The notes below the pieces were generated by a model. It was not told the origin of the DNA. It saw only the letters and a program-made list of their open reading frames with translations, and made no database searches. A program made the translations under genes and the position numbers. From assembly GCA_947628655.1 (NCBI GenBank), contig CANRAS010000007.1, forward strand, positions 1 through 64,000: a stretch of 64,000 nt of DNA, read 5' to 3'. This DNA is from an uncultured Clostridia bacterium. Lineage in GTDB: Bacteria > Bacillota > Clostridia > Oscillospirales > Ruminococcaceae. Of this stretch, positions 46,802 to 56,977 are shown piece by piece (the stretch's first letter is position 1; each line of letters begins with the position of its first letter).

Positions 46802-49240
46802 TCAATCCCCGAAACTCGATGCTTGGAAATCCACCTCAATAACCGTCCCCTTGGGTAACTCCATTCCCTCGGCATAGCTTTGCGTTTTCGCGGTCGCGTC
46901 GGCGTTTGCCGCCGCTCCGCCCGTCAGCTTGATATTAAAGCCCGCGTTCGTGATTATCTCGTTCGCCTCCGCGGCGCTCTTGCCGATAACGTTCGGCACA
47001 ATGCCGTATTCAAGTTCCGTATCGCCGACATATACGACGACTGTCGAGCCTTTCGGTATCGTAGCGCCCGAAAACGGTATCGTATTCGTAACCTGCGCGT
47101 CGCCCGAAGTATCGCCGACAAATCTTGCCTTTAACCCGTCCGCCGCGAGAACGCTTTCCGCGTACATCGAAAGATCTCCGATAACCCACGGCACAACGGT
47201 GTCCATTTTCGCCTGTTCTTCTGCGGTGTATGTCGGATAAATCCCCATATGCTCCAGACCCTCTTTAAATACCGCCGAAACCACGGGGCAGGCAACCGCC
47301 GAGCCGTAATATTCGGGACCTGTCGGCGTGTCCGCAAGCACGAGCATAACTATCTGCGGGTCGTCCATCGGAACTGCCGCCGCGAAAGTCGAGATATACG
47401 TCATTTTTTGTTCGCCTGTTTCGGCGTAGAGTTTGTTAAACTCGTCGATTTTCTCCGCCGTTCCCGACTTCCCGCCTATGCGGTAGCCCGCTATGTACGC
47501 GTTGTGACCGCCGTTTTCGGTAACTATCGTTTCTAACATTCCGCGCATTTGCTTTGAAGTTTCTTCGGAAATTACCTGACGCTTTATTTCGGTTTCTTTC
47601 GTTTCAACGATATTTCCGTTGCTGTCTATTACCTTATCGACAAGGTGCGGAGTGACGAGATAGCCGCCGTTTACGATAGCGCAAAACGCCGTACACATCT
47701 GAATGGGCGTTATCTTGTTCGTCTGACCGAACGCGGAGGACGCGAGTTCTACGGGACCCATTCTCGAATAGGGAACGTAAATGCTCTGCTCCTCGCCGGG
47801 GAGGTCTATGCCCGTGGGTTCGGTAAACCCGAACGCCTCAAAATATTTCGAAAACTTCTCCGAACCCAATGCAAGCCCGACTTGAATAAAGAACGGGTTG
47901 CAGGACTTTGTAAGTCCCTGCTGAAGGTCAAGCGTGCCGTGTCCTCCGGGACTCCAGCATCGGATATTCGTGCCTGCTACGTCATACGCGCCGACGCAGG
48001 TGAACTGCGTTTCGGGGGAGATAACCTCTTCTTCGAGCGCGGCGGACGTAGTGACCGTCTTGAAAACCGAACCCGGATAATAAAGTTCGGACACCGCTTT
48101 GTTCTTCCATTGTCCCTCGCGGAGTATCCGCTCTTCCTCGTCTATTTCCTCCTCGCTTTTGCCGTCCTCCTCCATTTGTTTGAGGATATTTTTGTCGTAA
48201 TCACTGTATATCATCGACGGGTTGTTGAGGTCATATGACGGCGTTGTCGCCATTGCTATTACCCCGCCCGTCTTGCAGTTCATAATAATACCGCACGCGC
48301 GGTTTATTACCGAATGCTGTGAAACGCACTGCTCCAGATTTTTTTCAAGATAATGCTGCATTACCTCGTCGAGCGTAAGCACAAGGCTGTAGCCGTCCAC
48401 CGCGCCGAAATAACGGTCGTCCTCGTATTCAACGCCTTTGCCCGCGCCGTCCTTGCGATAGAACGCGCGTCCGTCCGTGCCTCTGAGATAATCGTCATAG
48501 TAAGCCTCAAGACCGTAAACGCCCGTACCCGTATAATCCGTAAAGCCGATTACGTTCGACGCGAGAGCGCCGTTCGGATAATAACGCTTGCTCGACTGCT
48601 CCGTATAGACGCAATCCGAACTTATGCCGTTTTCCGCTAGGAAATTGTTTATCATCGTCACCTGCGGTTTTTCCACTTCTTTTTTGACGATATAGTAATT
48701 ATGCGCCTGGTCGTTGTCATAGGCGTTTCGCATACCGTCTTTTGATATGCCCAAAATCTCCGAAAGACCGTCTATTATCGTATCGGAAAGTTCTTTAAAC
48801 GGTGCTAACGGTTCTTTGTTCGGGTCGTTGTTGTTTACCCACTCTTTTTGTTTGCGGTCATAGTCCGCTTTCCAGTCCGCGCTTTGCTTTTGAACCGTGT
48901 TCTGCGCGAAGATAACGTTCCACACCGCCGAACTCTGTGCTAACACCGTGCCGTTCGCATCGTAGATAGTGCCGCGGTTCGCCTTTATTACGCTCTGCCC
49001 CGACTGTTGGGAATTTGCGCGCTCCCGCCACATATCGCCGTCTATTACCGTGAATTTCAGCAAATGATACCCGACGAACACCGAAAAGCCGAGTATTCCC
49101 GCGAGAATAATCAGCTGTCTGCCGCAGACGCCGAACGTCGGCTTTTTTTGAACTTCCTTTTCATCGACCCGCTTTACGAACGCCTTTATTTTCTGCCACA
49201 TTGTTTCGGGCTGAGTGTTGTTATTATGCTGTTCGTTCAC
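46802..49240 (-). CDS. penicillin-binding protein (class B transpeptidase, FtsI/SpoVD-like) with a C-terminal PASTA domain
   Basis: N-terminal TM, dimerisation domain, transpeptidase motifs (..SVFK.., ..KSG..), C-terminal PASTA (..GIVPNVIGKSAAEANEIITNAGFNI..). GTG start with RBS GAGGAGATGA. Confidence 0.85.
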   Translation of the reverse strand: MNEQHNNNTQPETMWQKIKAFVKRVDEKEVQKKPTFGVCGRQLIILAGILGFSVFVGYHLLKFTVIDGDMWRERANSQQSGQSVIKANRGTIYDANGTVLAQSSAVWNVIFAQNTVQKQSADWKADYDRKQKEWVNNNDPNKEPLAPFKELSDTIIDGLSEILGISKDGMRNAYDNDQAHNYYIVKKEVEKPQVTMINNFLAENGISSDCVYTEQSSKRYYPNGALASNVIGFTDYTGTGVYGLEAYYDDYLRGTDGRAFYRKDGAGKGVEYEDDRYFGAVDGYSLVLTLDEVMQHYLEKNLEQCVSQHSVINRACGIIMNCKTGGVIAMATTPSYDLNNPSMIYSDYDKNILKQMEEDGKSEEEIDEEERILREGQWKNKAVSELYYPGSVFKTVTTSAALEEEVISPETQFTCVGAYDVAGTNIRCWSPGGHGTLDLQQGLTKSCNPFFIQVGLALGSEKFSKYFEAFGFTEPTGIDLPGEEQSIYVPYSRMGPVELASSAFGQTNKITPIQMCTAFCAIVNGGYLVTPHLVDKVIDSNGNIVETKETEIKRQVISEETSKQMRGMLETIVTENGGHNAYIAGYRIGGKSGTAEKIDEFNKLYAETGEQKMTYISTFAAAVPMDDPQIVMLVLADTPTGPEYYGSAVACPVVSAVFKEGLEHMGIYPTYTAEEQAKMDTVVPWVIGDLSMYAESVLAADGLKARFVGDTSGDAQVTNTIPFSGATIPKGSTVVVYVGDTELEYGIVPNVIGKSAAEANEIITNAGFNIKLTGGAAANADATAKTQSYAEGMELPKGTVIEVDFQASSFGD

Positions 49241-49366
49241 CTTATCATCTCCTCAAAAAACAAAGCCGACGCACCAGCTTTGCGCTTGTGCCGCCGACCT
49301 TGCTTTATATTCGCGTATATTCAATCGGACGGCAACAGGGGGCTTGTTCACCCATATACTATGCCG

Positions 49367-49870
49367 TCAAAATCCGATGTATTCCAAAAACGACTTAAAT
49401 CCCTTTTTGATTTCTCCCAAAAAGCCCTGCGAATCGTCCTTTTCCGTTTCGATAAGGCTTTCCGTGTTTACGCTGATATATTTCTTTTGTGAAGGTCCTA
49501 CTTTGTTCATCTTCAGCTTTTCTTTGGCGTACTTTTCGATATAGCTTATATTCGCTTTGGAATCGAGTTTGCTCTGCAAAAGCGTGTTATCCTCTATCTC
49601 GGCGTTTAAAAGCGTTTCCTGCGCCTCAAGAGCCCTTATTGTGTCGTCGCGCTTTGCGTTGAACCACGTCACGGAAAAGAACGCCATAAACAGCGCCACT
49701 ATCGCCACGAAAGCCGTAAACTTCGTTCCGCTTTTCGCAAGCGACGCAGAATCCGCAAGGCGAATTTTCCGCGCCTGTTCTTCCTTTTTACGCTTTTCCT
49801 CACGATGTTCGCGTTCGGTATTATCGAACCGCGATAAGTCGTAAGCTAAATTGCTGTTGTCGATATACAT
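49367..49870 (-). CDS. ftsL: cell division protein FtsL / septum formation initiator-like
   Basis: Small bitopic protein with a coiled-coil between rsmH and the PBP gene; 167 aa. Confidence 0.6.
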   Translation of the reverse strand: MYIDNSNLAYDLSRFDNTEREHREEKRKKEEQARKIRLADSASLAKSGTKFTAFVAIVALFMAFFSVTWFNAKRDDTIRALEAQETLLNAEIEDNTLLQSKLDSKANISYIEKYAKEKLKMNKVGPSQKKYISVNTESLIETEKDDSQGFLGEIKKGFKSFLEYIGF

Positions 49871-49903
49871 TAAACATCACCTCGCCGCCGCTGTTTTTCA
49901 CAG

Positions 49904-50830
49904 CTAATCCGACACCTTTTTTATTATTCTGAGTTTCGCGCTGCGGCTGCGCGGATTTGCCGCGAGTTCAGCGCTTTGCGGAGTTATCGGTTTTTTCCCG
50001 ACTAACTCTCCGCGCGGTTTTTTACCGCATATACATACGGGAAATTCGGGCGGGCAGGTACAGCCCGTGCAAAATTCCCTAAAACTGTTCTTAACTATTC
50101 TGTCCTCCAGCGAATGAAACGTTATTACAGCCATTCGCCCGCCGATTTTAAGGCGGTTAAAGCCGTCTTGCAACGCCTTGGAAAGCGCGTCAAGTTCGCC
50201 GTTTACTTCAATGCGTATCGCCTGAAAACTCTTTCGGCACGGATTTTTCTCGCGTCTGTACGCCGCGGGAACGCTGTTTTTTATAATTTCCGCAAGTTCC
50301 CCCGTGCGCTCGATCGGCGCGGTTTCTCTCGCCGTGACAATCCCGTGCGCGATTTTCGGCGCGAATTTTTCTTCGCCGTATTCATAAAGAATACGCTTTA
50401 AATCTTCTTCGGAATATTCGTTCACAACGTCCTTTGCGGAAAGCCCCTCGCCGCTCATTCTCATATCGAGCGGCGCGTCGTTATGAAACGAAAACCCGCG
50501 CTCTGCGTCGTCAAGCTGATGTGACGAAACGCCCAAATCGGCGATTATACCATCGAGCTTGTCCACTCCCAACTCATCGAAAACCTCATCGAGTTCAATG
50601 AAGTTTCTGTTCACAAGCGTCACGGGATAACCCGAAAGCCGCGCCGCCGCGGCGTTTATTGCCTCCTTGTCCCTGTCGAACGCGATAACTCTCCCCCCGG
50701 AGAGCCTTTTTGCAAGTTCTAAGCTGTGACCGCCGCCGCCCGCCGTAAGGTCCGCATATATACCGTCCGCGTCCCCAAACACGGCGTTTACGGTTTCCTC
50801 AAGCAATACGGAAGTGTGAGAAAACTCCAT
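49904..50830 (-). CDS. rsmH: 16S rRNA (cytosine1402-N4)-methyltransferase
   Basis: MEFSHTSVLLEETV.. and ..DLGVSSHQLD.. are MraW/RsmH signatures. Confidence 0.9.
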   Translation of the reverse strand: MEFSHTSVLLEETVNAVFGDADGIYADLTAGGGGHSLELAKRLSGGRVIAFDRDKEAINAAAARLSGYPVTLVNRNFIELDEVFDELGVDKLDGIIADLGVSSHQLDDAERGFSFHNDAPLDMRMSGEGLSAKDVVNEYSEEDLKRILYEYGEEKFAPKIAHGIVTARETAPIERTGELAEIIKNSVPAAYRREKNPCRKSFQAIRIEVNGELDALSKALQDGFNRLKIGGRMAVITFHSLEDRIVKNSFREFCTGCTCPPEFPVCICGKKPRGELVGKKPITPQSAELAANPRSRSAKLRIIKKVSD

Positions 50831-51255
50831 TAAATGCCCAGCTCCTCTGCCAAACCTGAAATATCCTCAAGGGTGATTTTATTATTATACTCTTCCCAAG
50901 CGGCTTTATCCCAGATTTCCGCGCCGTCTACAAGTCCTACGACAACGACCTCGCCTGTGATATTCGCATAGGCGCGAAGTGCGCACGGAATAGCTATTCT
51001 CCCCTGCTTGTCCGGCTCAACTTCACTGCCGCCGCCTATCAGGAAACGCTCGATAGGCTTTGCGATTTTTGACGGCTTTCCGCGAAGCGACGCTTTCAGC
51101 GCCTCCCAGCTTTCAGCGGTGTAGACCGTCAGGCACTTTTCGTTCAAGCTCTTGCAGATATAGAAATGTTCGCCGAACTCCTCGCGCAGTTTTGCGGGGA
51201 AGTTCATACGTCCCTTTGCGTCAACGGTATGTTCATACTCGCCGTACATTTCCAT
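50830..51255 (-). CDS. mraZ: transcriptional regulator MraZ
   Basis: MYGEYEHTVDAKGRMNFPAKLR.. matches the duplicated MraZ/SpoVT-AbrB fold. The likely start is MEM.. after RBS AGGGGGTG; the ORF track extends 30 nt upstream. Confidence 0.85.
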   Translation of the reverse strand: MEMYGEYEHTVDAKGRMNFPAKLREEFGEHFYICKSLNEKCLTVYTAESWEALKASLRGKPSKIAKPIERFLIGGGSEVEPDKQGRIAIPCALRAYANITGEVVVVGLVDGAEIWDKAAWEEYNNKITLEDISGLAEELGI

Positions 51256-51729
51256 ATCCACCCCCTTTTTGAACGAAAAATGCAATTCCGTCCTCCTCAG
51301 ACGGATTTTTCGTAGATCTGAATATTTTCCCTTGTTCCCCGACGCCGTTTTGTGCGGTTTCCGTTTTCCGCACCGTTGTCGGGTTTTTTAAATCTTTTGG
51401 CTTATCGGGGATTATTTTATTAACTTTTCACCACTTTGGTGGTTTTTTACACCCCTTTTACCCACCTTTATTATAAACTATTTTTTCATCTTTTGCAAGA
51501 ACCTTTTAGATTATTTTGGGAAAAAATTGGAATAAACTTTTGACGGTGTTTTTGTGCAATTTCCACAAAAGAACACCCCAAAGCAACCGCTTTGAGGCGA
51601 AAAAATTGTGCAATTTTTACCATATGTTGATTAATTTCCTAAAATTCGACCTACATCTTGTGCCTTTGGAAATCAACTTCGCGTTACGAAAACCGTGTGA
51701 ACTTAAAGTTATAAACTAACAGAAATCAC

Positions 51730-52404
51730 TCACACGAGATTTTCAAGTGAAAGTTCTTTTGCACCCTTCAGGAAACTTTCGGAGCGCAGGAAAAAGAACC
51801 GCGCAAGTTCCCCGTCGCTGAACTCCGCCGCCATAAACGTGCGGTCCTGTTCGGAAAATCCTATCGAATACTCGCGGTGCAAATCGGGATTATTCTGTAT
51901 TTCGTCCAAGTCGAAGTGGTTTTCGCGGAGCAGGCGAGCTGCAAGTTCGGGTTCATCGGCGATAACAGCGCCGTTTGTCTTTACCATAAGCCCCGCGAAC
52001 ATCACCTTGAAAAGTTCCGACAGCGTGTCGTCGCTCGGCAGTAACTGCGCCTGTTCGGGGGTGTTCTTCATAAGGAATACCGTCGGGTCGTCGGCGGGTT
52101 CGTCGGCTGTCGTTATCTCGTACTCCCCGACTCTGCCGATTATCAGCAAAGGCAGTTCCTTTTCCTCGCCGTAGCGGAAAATACGCTTTGTCATAATGTT
52201 CGGGTGGATAAAGCGCGGACAGTCCGACTGCCTGTTGACGCTCATATAGGCGTATTCCAGCAGAAATCGGTGAAGTATCGTCGGCAAAACCACGCCGCGC
52301 GTTTTGAGGTTCGCCGAAAAATCCTCTTCGGGAAAGCCGTCCTTTTTGCCTTGATAGAATATCGTCAAGGCGTCAAACGGGTCAAGATTATGAAATACAG
52401 ACAT
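51730..52404 (-). CDS. hypothetical protein (224 aa)
   Basis: Clean ORF between mraZ and the polyamine genes; no recognised motif. Confidence 0.4.
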   Translation of the reverse strand: MSVFHNLDPFDALTIFYQGKKDGFPEEDFSANLKTRGVVLPTILHRFLLEYAYMSVNRQSDCPRFIHPNIMTKRIFRYGEEKELPLLIIGRVGEYEITTADEPADDPTVFLMKNTPEQAQLLPSDDTLSELFKVMFAGLMVKTNGAVIADEPELAARLLRENHFDLDEIQNNPDLHREYSIGFSEQDRTFMAAEFSDGELARFFFLRSESFLKGAKELSLENLV

Positions 52405-52414
52405 TTTTATCCCC

Positions 52415-53566
52415 CTAACTTAACCTCGATTTAAAATCGTCGTAACCGAATTTTTTCAGCAGAGAAACCTCGCCGTTCGTCTTTAGCAGATATATCGACG
52501 GCAAAGGCGTGCCGTTAAAAGTGTTGTTCTTGCACATCGAATAAATCGCCATATCCTCGAAAACCAAACGCGTTCCCTCTTTCAGTTCGCTGTCAAACGA
52601 ATAGTCGCCGATTATATCGCCCGCAAGACAGGTGTTCCCGCCCAAACGATAGGTAAACGGCTTTTCGTTCGGCAACCCTGCGCCGACTATATTCGGGCGG
52701 TACGGCATTTCGAGGACGTCGGGCATATGACATTCGGCACTCGCGTCCGTTATCGCGGTTTTTACGCCGTTTTCTGCAATATCAAGAACAGTTGTCACGA
52801 GATACCCCGCGTTCAGCGCGACAGCCTCGCCCGGCTCTAAATACACTTCCAAACCGTATTTTTCGCGGAAATCTTTGATTGTCCTGATCAGCAGTTCGCG
52901 GTCATAGTCCGCTCTTGTGATGTGATGACCTCCGCCGAAATTTACCCACGTTATTTTGTCAAACATAAAACCGAATTTTTCCTCAAAATGCGGGAGCGTC
53001 CTCGCTAAGACGTCGGCGTTTTGTTCACACATTGTATGAAAATGAAGTCCGTCAATGCCGTCCGCGAGCGAAATATCCTCGGTGAATTTCTCGGCGGTAA
53101 CGCCTAAGCGCGAACCCGCAGAGCACGGGTTGTAAATATCGGTTTCTATCTCGCTGTATTCGGGGTTTACCCGTATCCCCGCGTGAATATAATTTTCGCG
53201 CGCGCGGATTTTACCGCGGTATTTTGCCCATTGCGCGGGGGAGTTGAACACAATATGGTCGCAGTAATTTAAAATCTCGTCAAAATCCCGTTCGGGGTAG
53301 GCGGGCGAAAAGACGTGGTTTTCCCGTCTGAACGGCTTTGCCATTTCCTCGTAGCCGAGTTTAGCCTCGAACAGTCCGCTTGCGGTGCATCCGTCGAGAT
53401 ATTCGGCTATCAGCGGGTAAGTCGCGAACGCGGAATACGCTTTCTGCGCGAGCAGGATTTTACAGCCCGCGCTGTCTTTTACGCTCTTTAAAATCTCCAG
53501 ATTTTCCGTCAGTTTCTTCTCGTCAATGACGTAACACGGCGTTTCGACTTCGGTTATAAAGTTCAT
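52415..53566 (-). CDS. nspC: carboxynorspermidine/carboxyspermidine decarboxylase
   Basis: N-terminus ..TPCYVIDEKKLTENLEILK.. resembles Vibrio NspC. A PLP-dependent decarboxylase adjacent to the CASDH gene. Confidence 0.75.
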   Translation of the reverse strand: MNFITEVETPCYVIDEKKLTENLEILKSVKDSAGCKILLAQKAYSAFATYPLIAEYLDGCTASGLFEAKLGYEEMAKPFRRENHVFSPAYPERDFDEILNYCDHIVFNSPAQWAKYRGKIRARENYIHAGIRVNPEYSEIETDIYNPCSAGSRLGVTAEKFTEDISLADGIDGLHFHTMCEQNADVLARTLPHFEEKFGFMFDKITWVNFGGGHHITRADYDRELLIRTIKDFREKYGLEVYLEPGEAVALNAGYLVTTVLDIAENGVKTAITDASAECHMPDVLEMPYRPNIVGAGLPNEKPFTYRLGGNTCLAGDIIGDYSFDSELKEGTRLVFEDMAIYSMCKNNTFNGTPLPSIYLLKTNGEVSLLKKFGYDDFKSRLS

Positions 53567-53574
53567 TTATGCTC

Positions 53575-53898
53575 CTATTTCTTTTTGTTCAGCCTTATCG
53601 TTGACACGATAACGAAAGCAAGCGTCGCCGCGACTGTAGGGATAAGCAGGAAAAACACGGTGGTATTTTTAAGCAGACACCCCACGGCGTTTACGGAAAA
53701 AATCGCGCCTATCAGCAGAAAAACCACGCCCGACTGCCGAAACAGCGGTTTTAAGTTCATATTCCTGCGCTCTAGTTCGCTTGCATAGAGGTACTCGTTG
53801 TTCAACGGCTTTCCTACGCAAAAAAGCTGAGTAATGCCCAAAACCACGCACCCGAAAGCGATTGCACCGCAGACAATGCCTGTTATAATCCCTCCCAT
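53575..53898 (-). CDS. small membrane protein (107 aa)
   Basis: Three TM helices; sits between nspC and the CASDH gene. Confidence 0.4.
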   Translation of the reverse strand: MGGIITGIVCGAIAFGCVVLGITQLFCVGKPLNNEYLYASELERRNMNLKPLFRQSGVVFLLIGAIFSVNAVGCLLKNTTVFFLLIPTVAATLAFVIVSTIRLNKKK

Positions 53899-53931
53899 AG
53901 CTTAACGCTCCTTTCTGTTTATAAAGGCTTT

Positions 53932-55134
53932 TCAGTCCACCAAAACGGGGTTTCTGTCCTCTTCCCACGGCAAGCCCCACTTATTAAGCGCGTCCATAAA
54001 CGGGTCGGGGTCGAACTGCTCGACGTTCCACACGCCCGCTTTTTTCCACTTGCCCGTCAGAACCATCATCGCGCCTATCATCGCGGGAACGCCCGTTGTG
54101 TACGATATAGCCTGCGAACCGACTTCCCTGTAACATTCCTGGTGGTCGCATATATTATATAGGTAATAATTCTTGTCCTTGCCGTCCTTTTTGCCCGTGA
54201 AGATACAGCCGATGTTCGTCTTGCCGACGGTTCTCGCGCCCAATGACGCGGGGTCGGGGAGAACGGCTTTCAAAAACTGCAACGGCACTATTTCTTTCCC
54301 CTCAAACATAATCGGCTCAATGCTCGTCATTCCTACGTTCTCCAAACACTTTAGGTGCGTCAGATAACTCTGCCCGAACGTCATAAAGAAACGTATTCTC
54401 TTTATTCCCTTGATATTAAGCGCAAGGCTTTCAAGTTCCTCGTGGTGAAGTAAATACATATCCTTTTCGCCGACGCCTTTAAAATTATAGACGCGCTTTA
54501 TTTCCATAGGCTCGGTTTCTACCCACTTGCCGTTTTCGATGTAACTTCCCTTTGCGGAAACCTCGCGGATATTTATTTCGGGATTGAAATTCGTCGCGAA
54601 CGGATAGCCGTGGTCGCCGCCGTTGCAGTCCAAGATGTCGATATAGTTTATCTCGTCAAACTCGTGCTTTTGCGCGTAAGCGGAGAATACGCCCGTAACT
54701 CCGGGGTCGAAACCGCACCCCAAAACGGCGGTTATTCCCGCTTTTTCAAAGCGTTCCTTATACGCCCACTGCCACGAATACTCGAATTTCGCGGTATCTT
54801 CGGGTTCATAATTCGCCGTGTCAAGATAATCCGCCTTACATTCAAGGCAAGCGTCCATAATGTGCAGATCCTGATACGGCAGAGCGATGTTCATTACAAT
54901 ATCGGGTTTGTAATCGTTTATCAGCTTTACAAGTTCGGGGACGTTATCGGCGTTCACCGCCGCCGTGGAAATCACGGTCTTTGTCTTGTCCTGCCATTTC
55001 TCTTTTAAAGCGTCGCACTTCGCTTTCGTCCGCGACGCTATCATTATCTCCGAAAAGACCTCGCTGTTTTGACAGCACTTCGCGACAACTACTGATGCAA
55101 CGCCGCCCGCGCCTATTATCAATGCTTTGCTCAT
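53932..55134 (-). CDS. carboxynorspermidine/carboxyspermidine dehydrogenase (saccharopine dehydrogenase family)
   Basis: Rossmann N-terminus KALIIGAGGVASVVVAKC; 400 aa; paired with nspC. Confidence 0.75.
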   Translation of the reverse strand: MSKALIIGAGGVASVVVAKCCQNSEVFSEIMIASRTKAKCDALKEKWQDKTKTVISTAAVNADNVPELVKLINDYKPDIVMNIALPYQDLHIMDACLECKADYLDTANYEPEDTAKFEYSWQWAYKERFEKAGITAVLGCGFDPGVTGVFSAYAQKHEFDEINYIDILDCNGGDHGYPFATNFNPEINIREVSAKGSYIENGKWVETEPMEIKRVYNFKGVGEKDMYLLHHEELESLALNIKGIKRIRFFMTFGQSYLTHLKCLENVGMTSIEPIMFEGKEIVPLQFLKAVLPDPASLGARTVGKTNIGCIFTGKKDGKDKNYYLYNICDHQECYREVGSQAISYTTGVPAMIGAMMVLTGKWKKAGVWNVEQFDPDPFMDALNKWGLPWEEDRNPVLVD

Positions 55135-55168
55135 TATAAAAACCTCCCTTTATTTTCACCTGTTATTT

Positions 55169-55816
55169 TCAGTCAATATACCCTACCAATATCACAACCA
55201 ACGCCATAGACAAGACAATCAGTCCGACGGCAAGAGCGTTTCCGCTCACTTTATTTAATACGCGCATTTTAAACAGTATGATAAGCCAGATTATCAGCAC
55301 CGCAATCGCGAGGACAAGCAAGCCCGCAACTATCTTCAGTTTGCCCGTCAATTTATAATTGCTGTCGGCGTAAAGTCCTTCGCTTACCGACATTTCAAGT
55401 TCGGCTAATTGTCTGTTCACTTCATACACGCGAAGTCCGCTTTTCGGCGCGGTTCGGCGAAGCAGCGCTTTTATATGCACGGGCGCTTTTGCCGAACCGT
55501 CCGAGGAGTTGAAGTTTTCGTTAAACCATTTTGGTTCAGCCTGCACTAAATACGGGGTAAGTCCGTCTTTGTCGAGCGTAATATAAAAATGTTCCGTCCT
55601 CACGGGGATTAAAGCGAACAGCTTGTGCGTTATCTCGTACACTTCCTTTGCGTAATAAGCGTCATACTCGATAACATCGCCCTTGCCCGCCGTTTCAACG
55701 GGCGCGGTCGGGGCTGTCTGGTCCTGTATTCCCCCTATCAGCGACATTACAAGGAAAAGCACGCAGAATATCGAAACTATAACAATACTTACCTTGCTGT
55801 TTCTTGCTCCCGCCAT
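55169..55816 (-). CDS. hypothetical bitopic membrane protein (215 aa)
   Basis: N-terminal and C-terminal TM segments; no motif. Confidence 0.4.
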   Translation of the reverse strand: MAGARNSKVSIVIVSIFCVLFLVMSLIGGIQDQTAPTAPVETAGKGDVIEYDAYYAKEVYEITHKLFALIPVRTEHFYITLDKDGLTPYLVQAEPKWFNENFNSSDGSAKAPVHIKALLRRTAPKSGLRVYEVNRQLAELEMSVSEGLYADSNYKLTGKLKIVAGLLVLAIAVLIIWLIILFKMRVLNKVSGNALAVGLIVLSMALVVILVGYID

Positions 55817-55817
55817 T

Positions 55818-56675
55818 CTATTCTCCTTTCGTTTCCCTTAACACATCGCGCACGTTCTGCGGTAATGCGAAACAGCCGATATGCACAAAGCGGTTGTAAT
55901 AATACGTCCGAAGTCCTTGAGATAACCACCAGTCCGCGCTGAAATCATCTACGGGGTGGAATTTCTTTGACGCGAACCCGAACAGCCAATGCCCCGACGG
56001 ATAAGTCGGGATATGCGCCTGATAAACGAGCGCTATCGGGAAAAACGACTTTATGCGCGCGTGCGCACGTTTCATCGCCGAGGCGTATTCGTCATAGAAC
56101 GTGCTTTCATGCTGATTTACGAGTATTCCGTCCGCTGTCAGCGCCTTATAGCAATTCCCGTAAAATTCCTTTGTAAACAAGCCCTCGCCCGGTCCGAACG
56201 GGTCGGTGCTGTCAACTATTATCAAATCATACTCGTTTTCCGCGCCGCGAACGAATTTAAGACCGTCCTCGTAGTAAATATGAACGCGCGGGTCACCGAG
56301 CGAACACGTCGTCTGCGGAAGATACTCGGTGCAAATCTCGACGACGCGCCTGTCAATTTCTACCATATCTATATGTTCCACATTCTTAAAACGGCAAAGC
56401 TCGCGTATCGTCCCGCCGTCGCCCGCGCCGATAACGAGAACGCGCTTTATATTCGGGTTTACGCTTAAAGGAACGTGGGTTATCATCTCGTGATATATTT
56501 TCTCGTCCTTTTCGGTCAGCATAAGACAGCCGTCCAGCACGAGTATCCTGCCGAACTCGTAGCTTTCAAGAATATCAATCTGCTGAAACTCGCTTTGCTC
56601 GGATACCAAATGCTCCTTTATTTTAATAGAGAACTTCACACTTGAAGTGTGGTTTTCGGTGAACCATAGTTCCAC
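55818..56675 (-). CDS. speE: spermidine synthase (polyamine aminopropyltransferase)
   Basis: ..VLVIGAGDGGTIRE.. and ..DLIIVDSTDPFGP.. motifs. Confidence 0.9.
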   Translation of the reverse strand: MELWFTENHTSSVKFSIKIKEHLVSEQSEFQQIDILESYEFGRILVLDGCLMLTEKDEKIYHEMITHVPLSVNPNIKRVLVIGAGDGGTIRELCRFKNVEHIDMVEIDRRVVEICTEYLPQTTCSLGDPRVHIYYEDGLKFVRGAENEYDLIIVDSTDPFGPGEGLFTKEFYGNCYKALTADGILVNQHESTFYDEYASAMKRAHARIKSFFPIALVYQAHIPTYPSGHWLFGFASKKFHPVDDFSADWWLSQGLRTYYYNRFVHIGCFALPQNVRDVLRETKGE

Positions 56676-56739
56676 AATGATTTTCCTTTCGATTAAAGTA
56701 CAATTTAATTTAAGAAGTAAGAATTGTATATTCCCGCTG

Positions 56740-56970
56740 CGCGGGAATATACAGAGGTAAGAGGTAAGACATGGTGTCCGCCTACGGCGGACAGAAAGAT
56801 TGTCAGCGGACTAATGCGCCCCTGCACCGCGCAGGCGGTGCGCCTTTTGCCAAGAGCTTCAACGTAAAGACCCGCAGGTCTTACCTCTTACCTCTAAAGT
56901 TGCGCCCCCAAGGCTACTGTGGATAGGGGTATTTCCTGCGATAGGGGGCGCAACTTTAAACCTCTTACTT
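56740..56970. repeat. dispersed intergenic element copy (gtccgcc-tac-ggcggac + agaaAGATTGTCagcgg, plus 30 bp inverted repeat aaagttgcgcc....ggcgcaactt)
   Basis: Similar to 8570-8610 and 17040-17160. Confidence 0.6.
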
Positions 56971-56977
56971 CTTACCG

